64,000 nucleotides of DNA, taken from contig OZ024758.1 of the NCBI GenBank assembly GCA_964016885.1, positions 12,834,001 through 12,898,000 on the forward strand. Reading direction: 5' to 3'. Below, piece after piece: positions 30,556 through 45,526 of this stretch; position 1 is the first letter of the stretch; each line of letters opens with the position of its first letter. The stretch is from Eledone cirrhosa. Its lineage: Eukaryota. Position numbers and translations under genes: made by a program. The notes beneath the pieces were generated by a model. That model saw only the letters and a program-made list of their open reading frames with translations, did no database searches and was not told the origin of the DNA.

Positions 30556-30766
30556 GATATGTGTATATATATAAGTATATATATATATATATATAAGTAT
30601 ATATATATATATATATATAAGTATATATATATATATAATTATATATATATATATAAGTATATATATATATATATATATAAGTATATATATATATATATAT
30701 ATAAGTATATATATATATATATAAGTATATATATATATATATAAGTATATATATATATATATATAA

Positions 30767-30813
<47 letters not shown>

Positions 30814-30861
30814 AGTATATATATATAAGTATATATATATATATATATAAGTATATATATA

Positions 30862-30917
<56 letters not shown>

Positions 30918-30988
30918 TATATATATATATATATAAGTATATATATATATATATGTATATATATAAGTATATATATATATATATATAA

Positions 30989-31103
<115 letters not shown>

Positions 31104-31373
31104 CGAATTTGAAGAAATAATTGAGAAAAATATACCTATTTTTTCTTTAAAGTCCCGACTGCAATTTCGCCGTCTGGTCTACAGTAATTGTGCATATACA
31201 TATTCATACATATATAGACATTCTCATATATATATGTATATATTAAAGTGTATATATATATATGATTTTACGCACTTGTATAATTGAGTGTACATATGGG
31301 TGTGTGGGAGTCTCTACGCGAGACATGTATCTGAATATCGGTCTGTCTGTATCTATGTATTTATATTTTAATG

Positions 31374-31418
<45 letters not shown>

Positions 31419-31560
31419 AATCATGTACAGTTACATGCCAGAATTTGTATATATACAATTACGTAGATTATGAATATATCCTTTTACACATCACAACTCA
31501 GTATATACATATATATACATACATACATACACATATATATATATATATATATATACATAT

Positions 31561-31634
31561 AACGAAGGAGTTGTTGTAAGGAATCCAGAAATAGCCGTCG
31601 AAACGGCTTGAGCTCTGCCGTCGGGGTCATACTT

Positions 31635-31640
<6 letters not shown>
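31561..31640. mobile_element. Family B copy, internally inverted
   Basis: AACGAAGGAG...CCAGAAATAGCCGTCGAAACGGCTTGAGCTCTGCCGTCGGGGTC in (TA)n. Confidence 0.75.
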
Positions 31641-31684
<44 letters not shown>

Positions 31685-32023
31685 GTTTGTATGTATATAT
31701 TTGTATAAACATACATATATAAAATGTGGGTATAATGCCATGATGTATAGATACAATTTCGTTTATACAGGTCAAGTGGATGTATGAACATTGTTTAGCC
31801 ATATTTATAAATACACATTATAAGTATTTATATGTATAAATAATAAAATAATGAATATAATTTGAGTGTTTAACGAAATATAATTTACATTTGGTTGTTG
31901 CTTATCGTCAAATATAGAAAAAATAATATCTTCTGTAATATAGTGTGGAATGGAGTGCCACATTTTGTCTGAATACGTGTACATATACAACACAAACGCA
32001 TATATATATACACATATATATAC

Positions 32024-32125
<102 letters not shown>

Positions 32126-32834
32126 AATTAATTTTTAAAAAATGTTTAATATGATTTTAAAATTGGAGGGAAACTGTTTAAAAAAGTTCATCCAATTATT
32201 GGGTTTGATCCTATTTTTTTTTCTGACAAATATTAAAATATATAAAATATATGAAACCAACTTTACGAAACCAACAATAAAATATATGAAAGAATTATGT
32301 GAACATTATCATACAGCGTGTCTACAAAGTCACTAGACAATTTTATACAAATATATATATATAATTATCTAGTGATTTGTGGACAAACTTTATTAATTTT
32401 TGGAGAGAGAGATACTGGACTCAATATTTTGTTGGAAACTTCTAAAGAAATATATACACACATATGTATATATATATACATATATATATAAATAATATAT
32501 AAATACTAAAACAAAATACACGTGGTTTCAAAACCAACAATATTATGTACAAATATAATATAAAAAAGATCACAGAAAATGTTGAGAAAAAAATAATAAT
32601 AATAAAAATAAAATCTGCACTGTTTGGACTATTTGAAGATGATATTCACTCATAAATGGTGCTTTTCTGTAGAATCTACCATCTTTGAAACTATGCACTG
32701 TCATTGGAACTTTCAGACTGGCAAAAAGTTAAAGATTGGTGTCTTGTTTAATTTGTTTTTTTTTTCTTTTTAATTTTATTATTACTATTATTATTATTAT
32801 GAATATTAATATTATGATTTTTTGCTAAATGGTG

Positions 32835-32883
<49 letters not shown>

Positions 32884-33514
32884 TAAATAAATAAATGATT
32901 GGACAAAGAAAAGGTCTCCGTGTTTATATATATTTTGTTTATTGAGTATCATCACCATCATCATCATCATCATCATCATATTTACCATCATCCCCATCAT
33001 CATCATCCTCATCATATTTACCATCACCACCATCACCATCATCATAAATACTAAAAGATATCGACTACTACAGCCAGACCTCTCAATCAAGTTTGGCTTC
33101 ATAGTATGTACCATGCCTTTGCTATGGCTTTTAGGTGCTCATGTTGTCTCTACAGAGTTGACACCCTTCCAACAATCCCTTCGTTAACCCAGTGAAACAT
33201 CCTAGATATGACACACGGAAGAAGAAAGGGCTGCATCTGCACTGGCCTGATTTTGTCTTTATCGAAGCCGAAAGTGGAGCTCGGTGGGATTTGAACTCAG
33301 AAGGCACAACACCCTGAACAAATATGTATATAATGCCCTAACGACTCTTCCAAATCAATCACCTTAATTTCGAAAATAAGAAAAAAATGTTGTGAGTGTA
33401 TTTGATCGAATATATATAGAAATGAGAAAACTCATCGCTAGAACAGCCGTAAAAACAGCTACATGCTGTCAAAGACTGGCGGTGGGTAAACATGCCTCAG
33501 AGGACTGAAGCTAG

Positions 33515-33873
33515 CAGCCAGTGGTCAACAGAGAGACAATCCACAAGGTGGGTGACAGGTAGATGAAATATAATGCCTCAGAGGACAGAGACCAGTGGTC
33601 AACAGAGAGACAATCCACAAGGTGGGTGACAGGCAGATGAAATATAATGCTTCAGTGGACAGAGACCAGCAGCCAGTGGTCAACAGAGAGACAATCCACA
33701 AGGTGGGTGACAGGTAGATGAAATATAATACCTCAGTGGACAGAGACCAGTGGTCAACAGAGAGACAACCCACAAGGTGGGTGACAGGTAGATGAAATAC
33801 AATGCCTCAGAGATCAGCAGCCAGTGGTCAACAGAGAGACAATCCACAATGTGGGTGACAGGTACATGAAATA
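33515..33873. repeat. ~74-81-bp minisatellite, ~4.5 units
   Basis: Unit CCAGTGGTCAACAGAGAGACAATCCACAAGGTGGGTGACAGGTAGATGAAATATAATGCCTCAG... Confidence 0.92.
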
Positions 33874-34461
33874 TAGAAAAAATTGAAAGAGGAGGAGAAC
33901 AAGGAGAAGTGTACTGGCACACAGAAGTGACTGTGAGAAGGAAATAAAGAAAGGTGATGTACAAGACAAGTTTGCACACACACATATCCTCACCCCAATT
34001 TTAAATTGTGATTCCTTTTGTTATTTTTTCTATGTACAGGCTCTAGGAATGTGATGTGGTGGCGTTTGTTTCTTCCTTTGCAAATATTTTTGGTGTAAGA
34101 ATAAGGAAGGAACTTCAAGTGTAGATTGAAACTGTATCGTGCCAATGTCTTCCAAGAAATATAGACTTTCATCTACTTTGTCCATCCTAACAGAAACATT
34201 TCAAAATTATTGTCGTCTGTTTATTTATTTGTTTTTTTTTCGTTTGTTCAACAACTTTGAAATTCTTTATCTTCGAGACTGGATAAGCAGCTGCCAATGT
34301 CATAAGCACTTAACTTTGTTATGTTGGAGAGCGGTTGTCTGGTTTTTATGAAAAAGAGAATTGGTAGCGAGACAAACGAATACACGAGAGATAGATAGAG
34401 AGAGAGAATCGAATACACGTGAGAGGGAGAGTGAGAGAGAATCGAATATACGAGAGAGGGA

Positions 34462-34542
<81 letters not shown>

Positions 34543-35116
34543 TGTGATAGAAATATAGAGATCACAAGAGAGAGGGAGACAGGGAATGATAGAAATAGAA
34601 ATAGGACTAGAGAGAAGGAGAGAGGGAAAGAGAGATAGAGAGAGAGAAGAGGTGATAGAAATAGTACTAGAGAGAAGTAGAAAGGGAAAGTGAGATAGAG
34701 AGAGAGAGAGAGCATCAGAATTCAAAACAAACAGTTTATTTGGCCATTGATTGTTTCATATTTCACATTGACCGCAACATGAAGACGATAAAAACTTAAT
34801 ACTGGTTCCTCTAATTGAAACTCAACACTAGAAAAACCGCCAGAAACATCTGCTTCAAATCTCTCTTAACAGTTTGATACAGTTTGTTAAATAATACAGA
34901 TGGTAAATTGTTTGGTTGATCGAAGCAAAAATGTTGAAACTTATTGTAATGTTTAGTTGATGTATTTCCATACAACTGTTTTTGATGTCACCCTTTCAGG
35001 GCCATCTGCTCTTGTGTAGTTAACCTTGCTGAAAATGAATAAAACAAAACTAGTTTCGAACAAAGGGATGATAACGGTGGTCTAAAATTCATAGTGTTAT
35101 GAGGCTGTTTGCTTGC

Positions 35117-35206
35117 GAGGTTAACTTTGCCTTTCATCCTTACGGGGTCGATAAAATAAAGTATCAATAATGTACTAGTCTTGTGCCAAAAGTAGAAACA
35201 ATTATT
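35117..35206 (+). mobile_element. 5'-truncated SINE family 1
   Basis: Starts at CGAGGTTAACTTTGCC; core and tail present. Confidence 0.8.
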
Positions 35207-35659
35207 ATTCGATATATATCCGCAGACTACGCAGCACCTCCTGGTATGCCCCTTGCTGGAACACCACTGCTCAACATTGGACTTGGCAGAGTTTAATGAG
35301 AAAGGACAGCAATGTTTTCAGCTGTGGCCGAACCACATCTAGCCGAGGTTTGTAACCGACAATCATGTGGACACGATAAGAAGAAGAATATATAAAACTA
35401 ACGATAACAAAATATATATATTAAAAACTCAAGCACATAATGGTGTGTGACCCTAATCTATAGCTTATATGTAAGTCCATTAGTACTCCTGTTATTTATT
35501 TTATCGAATTCGGGAAGAATAAAAGTCAAATCCCCTCCGGCAGGATTTGAACTCAGAACATGAAGGTCCATAAGTCAATACCACAAAGCAGTTTGCTACA
35601 CTATATAACTATTCGATTACTTTCTCCACACAACATAATTATTCTAACAATAATTATTT

Positions 35660-36060
35660 GGCCACCATTTCTGGGATGCCACTTGCACCGACACTTTCTG
35701 CAGCCGCAACTTGGTGCAGTCTGCGACTGATCCAGGTTCTGCTGCACGTCGGGCTGAGGGGGCCAAACTCCTCAAAACCGGTCGCTCTCCGACAGGTTTG
35801 CGGTCGTTCCCCTGGCAGTGGAAACTTCTGGTGTCCTCGGCCCCAGGGCTACCTCCTTACTCACCACCATAGGCGCTGAGCTGGCCAGCCGTCGGTGTGA
35901 GCCCCGCGAGTTGGAGTGGATTTTCCAGCGCGTCTCTCTTGCCGTCCTCCGGGGAAACGCCTTCTCCATTCTATCCGCCGGGGCTGTGGGTGGGCCCCTT
36001 CGCGTACCAATACATTAGTTAAATACCATTCATCTCATACATATATACATGATTACTTGT
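35660..36060 (+). mobile_element. 5'-truncated CRE-clade non-LTR retrotransposon (restriction-like endonuclease C-terminus)
   Basis: GC-rich island. WDATCTDTF...GSAARRAEGAKLLK / RSLSDRFAVVPLAVETSGVLG...FQRVSLAVLRGNAFSIL with one frameshift at ~35775. WD(A/V)T, P.AVET.G and QR.S.A..RGNA are CRE-type motifs. Confidence 0.8.
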
Positions 36061-36541
36061 AGCCTGGTCACTTGGCTTTTAACTTCTAGTATTTGTTTAG
36101 AGAACAACTATCTCACATATATATCTTACGATATGCACGTCACACCTAACATTGTTCCATATGACATATATGTACTCAACGACTGTACGCAAATACTTCA
36201 CATTTTATTACTCTGTCGATACCAGTTCCTTTCTACCGTGACTTCAAGGTTTCTCTTTTACTCACTTCATTTATTTTCATTTAATTTATTGACATTTTCT
36301 TTTCTTGTTGTTGTTTTCTGCTTGTTTTTGTAGTTATTGTTTTTTTCCATTTGAATTCTAAAGTGTGTTCGTTGTTTTGTAATGAATAAAGGGAGAAATA
36401 TGTTACTGTTGCTGTTGCTGTTGTTGTTGTTGTTGATGTTGCCGCTACTACTGTTGTTGTTGTTGTTGTTGCTGTTGTTGCCGCTGCTACTACCGCTACT
36501 ACTAGATCTACTACAACTAGAGCTGCTGCTGCTACTACTAG

Positions 36542-36620
<79 letters not shown>

Positions 36621-36644
36621 GCTGTATGCTGTTGCTGCTGCTGC

Positions 36645-36677
<33 letters not shown>

Positions 36678-36718
36678 AATACTACTACTACTGCTACTAC
36701 TACTACAACTACTACTAT

Positions 36719-36800
<82 letters not shown>

Positions 36801-37489
36801 ACTTGTTTATATGAGTTTAATCCAATAAAGATCAAAGATGTCCCTTTCCATTTATGGTAGCTTTAACATGTCTTTGGTGCGAGATTTGAATGGCTATTAA
36901 TATAAGACACACTCTGGTTGACACTGGAATACACACGTCAGGTCACGTTTAAATACATACATATATACATACATATTTTTACATATCAACACACAAACAC
37001 ACACATGTACTCGTGTAATTAAGCACAACCACGCACATGCACGCCTGCAATTACACACACAGATACATATATATATATATCATTATAAAATACACTCACA
37101 TTGACACTGAAATACGCACTTATAGACTCATGTTTAATTATACACACATATACATACATATATTTATATTTATATATCAACACACAACCAGACTCATGAA
37201 CTCGTGCGATTACACACAACCACACACATGCAGACGTGCAATTAAACACAACCACACACATGGACTCCTTTAATTACATAGATATATACATACATTCGTA
37301 TAAAACACGCTCAGATTGACACATAGATAGAAATAAACAGGGAGACGAGAGAATGAATAAATTTGAATAGTAGGTAATTTAAGAAGTCAATTCGCTAGCG
37401 GGAGCACTGTGTGTTAGAAATGAAGGATATATTTCTTAAAGAGGGGGGAGGGGGGCGTAAAATTGAATAACAATCAGGATGGGTACTGC

Positions 37490-38024
37490 CAGTGGTGGAC
37501 TGGCCAGGTTGCCCAATGGCAAGTGGGCCACAAGGATGCTACGGTAACAGTACAAGAGCCCACAGTAACATTGCAGGGCCCACTGTAGTATTTTAGGGCC
37601 AATGCTTTGCTTTAAACAAATACATGAAAGAATAAAGTTTTTTCAAAAATAAATAAGACAATTAAGCAAAGCATTTTGTTAGCTACAGCATTGCAATCAA
37701 AATTGATAATTATAAACCTACTTTCAAAATCAAAGTTAAAAATATGTGGTGTCGTTCATGGCTTTCCTAGAGCTATTAGTAATATTTATGGTCGACTTCT
37801 GGTCATTATTAAAAGTCTCTGGATTTCGCAAAATACATAATATTTTTTATTGGAGAAAGTAAGATATTTTTCCGCAAAAATTTGATTGCACTGTTTCGTT
37901 TCCACTTATGTATTTTTCGAAAATGTTATTTATTCATTATAAAAATTAAATGATAGCATTCTATATGTAGGTGGGCTCCCTTTATCTCCTGGCAACCAAT
38001 ATTTTTAGACCGAGTCCGCCACTT
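37490..38024. mobile_element. Non-autonomous hAT-like DNA transposon (MITE)
   Basis: Imperfect TIRs CAGTGGTGGACTGG / CGAGTCCGCCACTT, subterminal GGGCCC-like motifs, degenerate 8-bp TSD GGTACTGC / GTTACAGA. Confidence 0.65.
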
Positions 38025-38431
38025 GTTACAGATAAAATATCGCTCATATTCTGCCCTTATTTTCGTACTTTCTCAATGCCCTGCTAAATTCCCAGAACAT
38101 AGGATAGAATTGGCTGTGAAATATGAAACGTATCTTATAATATATGTCATAATAGTTATTAATAGTACTGATGAAAATTAGTTTCCCATCGTTATATTAT
38201 TGAGTGAGATTAATTTGTATGAGTAATCAATATCTTTGGTAGTTATCTCACGTTCAATGAACATAACCAGAATAGACGCTCCTGTAACAATCATACAAGA
38301 TGGCGACCAGAGAAAACACTGTCACCCCTTAATTCAAATTTCGTCTGGTTTATCTCCCTTATCCGGCTTAAAAGGATACGATTGAAGAGGTTTTACAGTA
38401 CATATATACATATATGTGTGTGTGTGTATAC

Positions 38432-38462
<31 letters not shown>

Positions 38463-38546
38463 TACCATCATTATAGTCTCTTGCGTTGGGACGACTGCAT
38501 TTCAATATATATATATATATATATGTATTTATTAAATATATATATA

Positions 38547-38658
<112 letters not shown>

Positions 38659-39219
38659 TATATATATATACATATAAATATATATATATGTATGTGTGCG
38701 TATGTTTGTATATATATATATATATATTTGCATACATATGTATATGTATATATATGTATATATATATTTATATACATACATACATACTTCCACACACAAA
38801 CATATAAAAACACACACGTATATCCACAGACACACAGTGGTTTGTACATAACCATAAACACAACAATGTGCAGTCATATGCAGTCGGCCTCACACAATAT
38901 TGAAGTACACGTTAACATGGGATAGGTGTTTGAAAGAGAGGAAGAGGGGTTCGAGGAGCCAGGGATCCCCTCCGTCGCTCCCTCCTCTACAAAGATAGAA
39001 ATACATATACAGATACATAGATCTTCACACATAATCAAATATTCACCATTATTTTATTTGACACTCCTTACTATGAAACTTTACATATAGGCAACCTATA
39101 AAAAAAATAACTTACGAGAATATATATACACGCAGAAACATTTTTTTCACGCACAATCACAAGCGATATATATTATAGAGAAACTAACAAATTTTTACAT
39201 ATGCACAAAATTTGAATAT

Positions 39220-39255
<36 letters not shown>

Positions 39256-39258
39256 CCA

Positions 39259-39327
<69 letters not shown>

Positions 39328-39328
39328 A

Positions 39329-39385
<57 letters not shown>

Positions 39386-39386
39386 A

Positions 39387-39441
<55 letters not shown>

Positions 39442-39663
39442 GATACAGTGTGGTTCAAACACACACACTCAAATAAAAGATGATAGATGCATAGACACAC
39501 ATACACACTCACACACACACACACAGAACCGCACAAACATATACACTTACACAACATACCATACATGCATAGACATACACATACACACACACACACAAAC
39601 TCATACACACAAACACAGACATATATATGTGTATATATATATATGTATATACATATATATATG

Positions 39664-39761
<98 letters not shown>

Positions 39762-40202
39762 CATAGATAGATACACACATAGGCAAATCAATGAAAGGAA
39801 ACTTATACGAAGTGTATAAAAAAAAACCAACTTATTTATTGATGCTTATGGAATTTTGATTGGTTCGGTTCTGTTCTCGAATTTTCCATGTTGTTCACGG
39901 AAGCGTGAAATGTGTACATTTCATTTCACTCTTTTATTTAGTTATTTATTTATAGTTATTTTTATTTAGTTTTTGTCAAAGACGCGATGGGATGGAGAGT
40001 GGATATAACTGCGAGTATAACGGAAGACAATGAAGGATATTTAAAAAAAATATATATCCCTGACAAAGTGAAAAACGAAAATACAGAGGTGTGTGTATGT
40101 ATGTATGTATGTATGTATGTATGTATGTATGTATGTATGTATGTATGTATGTATGTATGTATGTATATATATAGGTATGTATGTATGTATGTATATATAT
40201 GT

Positions 40203-40334
<132 letters not shown>

Positions 40335-40434
40335 GTGTGTGTGTGTGTGTTTATATATTTTCCACGAAGGTAGGTTAGGAAACAATAAAATGGAATCGAA
40401 TATTATTATTAATATGATTGTTGTTGTTGTTGAT

Positions 40435-40496
<62 letters not shown>

Positions 40497-41419
40497 CATT
40501 GTTTGTTATATTGTTTCTGTGTTGTTTTCCCATCCGTCGCCATTTTGGCAATAAATGAAATATCCTTTATTATTATTATCATTATATCATTATTATTATT
40601 TATTATTTCAATATTGTTATTATTAGAAATATCGTCAGCATTGTTGATGTTGTTATTATTTTAGCCCTAGGCCGTCCTTGATCAAACTGATCTCTGATCA
40701 AATTCATTTCAATAATGGCTATAGATTCAATATATTTGTTTTCAGGTCTCATATATTTAATGTTGTATCATACAACGTAGTTTAGACGTAAGATCTAATT
40801 ATATGTTAGACATTAAGGATAGGATTTGAGGGAGATTTGACTGTTATTTCTACCATTTCAAGTGACCACGTAGAAGCTCTTATTGTGTAGTTGTTGTTGA
40901 TATTTTTATTCTGTTAATATATCAATTTTATAATTTTTTTAAATACAGCAAAAATAAAGTGTATTACGAACATGATTTGTATTTAATGACAATAACAATA
41001 ACCTTTTTCTTAATTATCCACAAATATATCATTAATAAGCATATTTTACAGTACAATATAGGTGGGGAAATGGCAGAGTCGTTCGAACGTCAGTCAGAAT
41101 GCTTTGTGGTATTTAGTCCGGCTCTCTACTCTCTGAGTTCAAATCCCACCGAGGTCCACTTTGCCTTTCGTCCATTCTAGATCTATCTATAAGTAACCAG
41201 GTCACACCTGGATTAATAGATGTGACCTGGTTTCTTATAGATGACATTCTCACACTTACACAAACGGACACACAGAGAGACACACCCATACACACAATAC
41301 ACGCCTATATATATATATATATAATATATATAATGGTTATACACCTATATATATATAATATACATATATATAATATACATGGACTTTTCTGACGGAATTA
41401 CTTCATTCATACACACACA

Positions 41420-41523
<104 letters not shown>

Positions 41524-41649
41524 CGTTATTCCGGGTTGAATCGGAGGTAACCACAGTAAGTAAGGTACTCAATACATTGCAGAGTATAAACGTTTTAATA
41601 TAGATGAGATTCTACAGGACTAGAACTGTTTCATTCTTTAGAAATCATC

Positions 41650-41903
41650 AGATTCCTGATGATTTCTAAAGAATTGTTTCTACTTTTGGCACAAGGCCAG
41701 CAATTATCCAGTACATTACTGGTACTTTATTTTATCGACCCCGTAAGGATGAAAGGCAAAGTTAACCTCGGCGGGATTTGAACACAGACCGTAAAGGGAC
41801 GTAACTATGCTGGAAAGCATGGCGTCCGACTCTCTACTGATACTGCCAATCCACCGCCCTGATGATTTCTAAAGAATGAAACAGTTCTAGTCCTGTAGAA
41901 TCT
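41650..41903 (+). ncRNA. Type I hammerhead ribozyme (family A) interrupted by a SINE
   Basis: Removing the SINE plus one 19-bp TSD gives AGAUUC-CUGAUGA-UUUCUAAAGAAU-GAAA-CAG(UUCUAGUC)CUG-UA-GAAUCU, with a perfect 6-bp stem I. Confidence 0.72.
41675..41858 (-). mobile_element. Full-length SINE family 1 with 19-bp TSD
   Basis: CTGATGATTTCTAAAGAAT at 41656-41674 and 41859-41877. Confidence 0.92.
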
Positions 41904-41931
41904 CATCTATATTAAAACTATATATATATAT

Positions 41932-42385
41932 ATAGCTTTCACCGTATTTTTGACTAAAGGAATTTTATCCTGATAATGGGGTTTAGAACCCTCAGGTAAA
42001 TGGAAAAAGATGAGTATTGACGTACATGGGAGACGAACCCACATCTTTGGTTATCGCGACCACTGTGCTACCATTACACCAACACATGACCCATCTCTTT
42101 CCATTCAGATTAGAAGCTACATTCTTAGCGAGTTTAAATGGCAAGTAAGTATGATTTGAGAAAGTGACCAGGTTTGAAATTAGAAAATAGAATAGCTTTA
42201 ACCGTATTTTTGACTAAAGGAATTTTAGCCTGATAATGGGGTTTAGAACCCTCAGATAAATGGAAAAAGATGAGTATTGACGTACATTAGCAGGCTAAAA
42301 GGAGCATTGAGCCATTATCAGGCTAAAATTCCTTTAGTAAAAAATACGGTGAAAGCTATTCTATTTTCTCATTTCAAACCTGCTG
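41932..42385. mobile_element. Element with ~95-bp direct repeats, an inverted third copy and an internal tRNA-like segment
   Basis: 41932-42026 ~ 42192-42287; 42312-42382 is inverted relative to 42170-42240; the minus strand of 42018-42083 has A and B boxes. Confidence 0.65.
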
Positions 42386-42428
42386 ACTGTTTCAAAACAT
42401 ACTTACTTGATATATATATATATATATG

Positions 42429-42516
<88 letters not shown>

Positions 42517-42518
<2 letters not shown>

Positions 42519-42761
42519 AAAAGAGTCATGACCCCGACGGGTGAGCTCCGGCCGTTTCGACAGCTAGATCCGAACTAAACCACCAGTATATGTATATATA
42601 TATAACGAAGGAAATGTGGTAAGGAACCAGATGGACCATAACGCACCAAAGTACTCAATACTTAGGGTAGTAGAGTGGGTAATAGGAACGAGTAGGACCC
42701 CGACGGCTGAGCTCAAGCCGTTTCGACGGCTAATTCTGGACTAATTCTGGTCCTACTCGTT

Positions 42762-42763
<2 letters not shown>
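42517..42763. mobile_element. Two adjacent family B copies
   Basis: Partial variant 42517-42580 and full copy 42604-42763 with inverted tail GGTCCTACTCGTTCC. Confidence 0.78.
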
Positions 42764-42854
<91 letters not shown>

Positions 42855-43167
42855 GCCCTAGACACCCAGTAAGCCTGTCAACGACTCCACAAGGAGTTAT
42901 GGGATCTTTTTATATATAAACGTGTACATAAACATATCTATGTGTGTGTACCTGTATTTAGAAACATATCATATACCTATAACAAGAGAAGACTCTAGGT
43001 GGTTTAACTGAGAGAATACATTGATCGATTTCATAAGTCACGGTGACATTAAATGAAATAAATGATCTTCTACAACTATTGTGTTAATTGTCAACAAAAG
43101 TTTCCTATTTAGGATAACGTAACTCTGACATTCGATACAATAAACGCCTTTCATTATTTTAGGGGTG

Positions 43168-43752
43168 GGCGGTGGATTGGCAGTATTGTTAGAGAGTCGG
43201 ACACTATGCTTTGAAACATAAAGTTACGTCCCTTTATGATCTGAGTTCAAATCCCGCCGAGGTTGACTTTGCCTTTCATCCTCACGAGGTCGATAAAAAT
43301 AAAGTACCAGTAATGCACTGAGTAATTGCTGGCCTTGTGCCTAAAGTAGAAACAATTATTTTAGGGGTGGGCGGTGGATTGGTAGTATCGTTAGAGAGTC
43401 GGACACCATGCTTTGAAACATAGAGTTACGTCCCTTTATGATCTGAGTTCAAATCCCGCCGAAGTTGACTTTGCCTTTCATCCTTACGGGGTCGATAAAA
43501 TAAAGTATCAGTAATGCACTGGGTAATTGCTGGCCTTGTGCCTAAAGTAGAAACAATTATTTTAGTGTGTGGATTGGCAGTATCGGTAGAGGGTCAGACG
43601 CCATGCTTTGCAGCAAAGAGTTACGGCCCATTATGGTCTGAGTTCAAATCCCGCCGAGGTTAACTTTGCCTTTCATCCTTACGGGGTCGATAAAATAAAG
43701 TACCGGTCATGCACTGGGTATTTGCTGGCCTTGTGCCTAAAGTAGAAACAAT
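43168..43752 (+). mobile_element. Three head-to-tail SINE family 1 copies
   Basis: Copies start at ~43168, 43370 and 43569, separated by ATTATTTTAG(G/T)G linkers. Confidence 0.9.
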
Positions 43753-43931
43753 TATTTTAGTGTGAGAGGTAACTTTACTTTAGCAAAGAGAGACCAGTTG
43801 TGACTTTAAACGAAAGTGTACACTCTGGCTGACTAAGTTCGAATTTTTATAATTTGAATTTAGTTGTCCGTCGAGTGAGTGGAAAATGAGTGAAGTTATG
43901 TCTGTTCTATTCGACTGGCTTCGTTTCCTAA

Positions 43932-44004
<73 letters not shown>

Positions 44005-44288
44005 CATACTTAGGAAACGAAGCCAGTCAAATAGAACAGACATATATATATATATATATATATAGTAGAATAATCGAGTATCGAAAAATCGGCGCACGCG
44101 TTCACGATAAACAAAATTCGAAATGAGCGGCAGAGGGCTCAATAATTCAGATAAATCAGAGCTATAACTATCGTTAAAATACCGTCACACATAGAACAAG
44201 TCTATAATCAACCGTACGACTGAAAAATTGCGATCTGGAAGATTCGGGACACTCAGAAAAAATATCAATAAATCAATAAATCAAATGA

Positions 44289-44431
<143 letters not shown>

Positions 44432-44438
44432 AAGAGAG

Positions 44439-44486
<48 letters not shown>

Positions 44487-45526
44487 GTTACCATAGTTTC
44501 AATTGCAGGTACTTAATATGTTAATCTGTCACTGTTGTAACTAATTATACTTAACTCGTTCTATGGACAAAATTGCAATGGCCCCAATTAACAAGTGGGA
44601 TAATCTTTCTCTCCGATTAGCTTCGAGTTTCCAATGTATTTGTTTTCTCCTCTGTCCTAATGTTTTTTTATTTATAACCAACCACCACCACCATCATCAC
44701 CTCCACCACCACCACCACCTCCACCATAATCACCTCCGCCACCACCACCATCATCACCTCCACCACGGGTACTGTCAACGCCAGCACCACCACCAACGTA
44801 ACTGAGGCCAGTTTCCTACTTAGAGTAATTTGTTTTCTACTGCTGTGACACACTTCTCTTCTTTTTACACTGTTTCTCTCCCTCTCTCTCTCTCTTTCTC
44901 TCTCACTCTCTCCCCTCTCTCTCTTTTTCTCTCTCTTCTCTCTGTGACCCTGCTGTCCCCACATTTTTCTTTATCTCTTGTCTCCTCCCAATCCGTCCCA
45001 TCATGCTCCACTTCCAACATAGTTCCAGTTTCTACTGTCGATTGATCCTTCCCCTTATTTAGTCTGGCGGTCAAGCTGGTCATTTCAGCTCTTATCTCTT
45101 TCCATCTTGTCCACTTCATAAACGGGTCCTCCTGTTTTTCCCTTTCCTTTCCGATGTCCTTATCACATCTAGTCTGTCGTGTTTGCTGTCCATTTTATTA
45201 CCGCAGGAATATATATATATATTTTAGGCGACGAATTGGTAGAGTTGTTAGAACGTCAGATAGAATGGTTTGTGGTATTGGTTCCAGCTTTCTGCTCTCT
45301 GAGTTTAAATCCTACCGAGGTCAAATTTACTTTTCATCCATTCAAGATCCATAAAAAAGTATCAGTCTAATATTGGAATCGATTCTTCTTCTATATTTCT
45401 TTCTCACTTCCATTCTCTCATCCTCTCATTTTCATCCTCTCTGATGATTTCTTACGAGTGAAACAGTTCTAGTTCTCAAGAAAACAATTCAATAATATAC
45501 GTATATATATATATATATATATATAG

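Noticed and set aside
35950-35980. NAFSIL as the missing Tbx20 eh1 motif
   Set aside because: Lies downstream of the gene and is part of the CRE-type RGNA motif
38165-38190. CTGATGA hammerhead candidate (also CTGACGA at ~1462, ~48134, ~54148 and ~54813)
   Set aside because: No correctly placed GAAA and pairing stems
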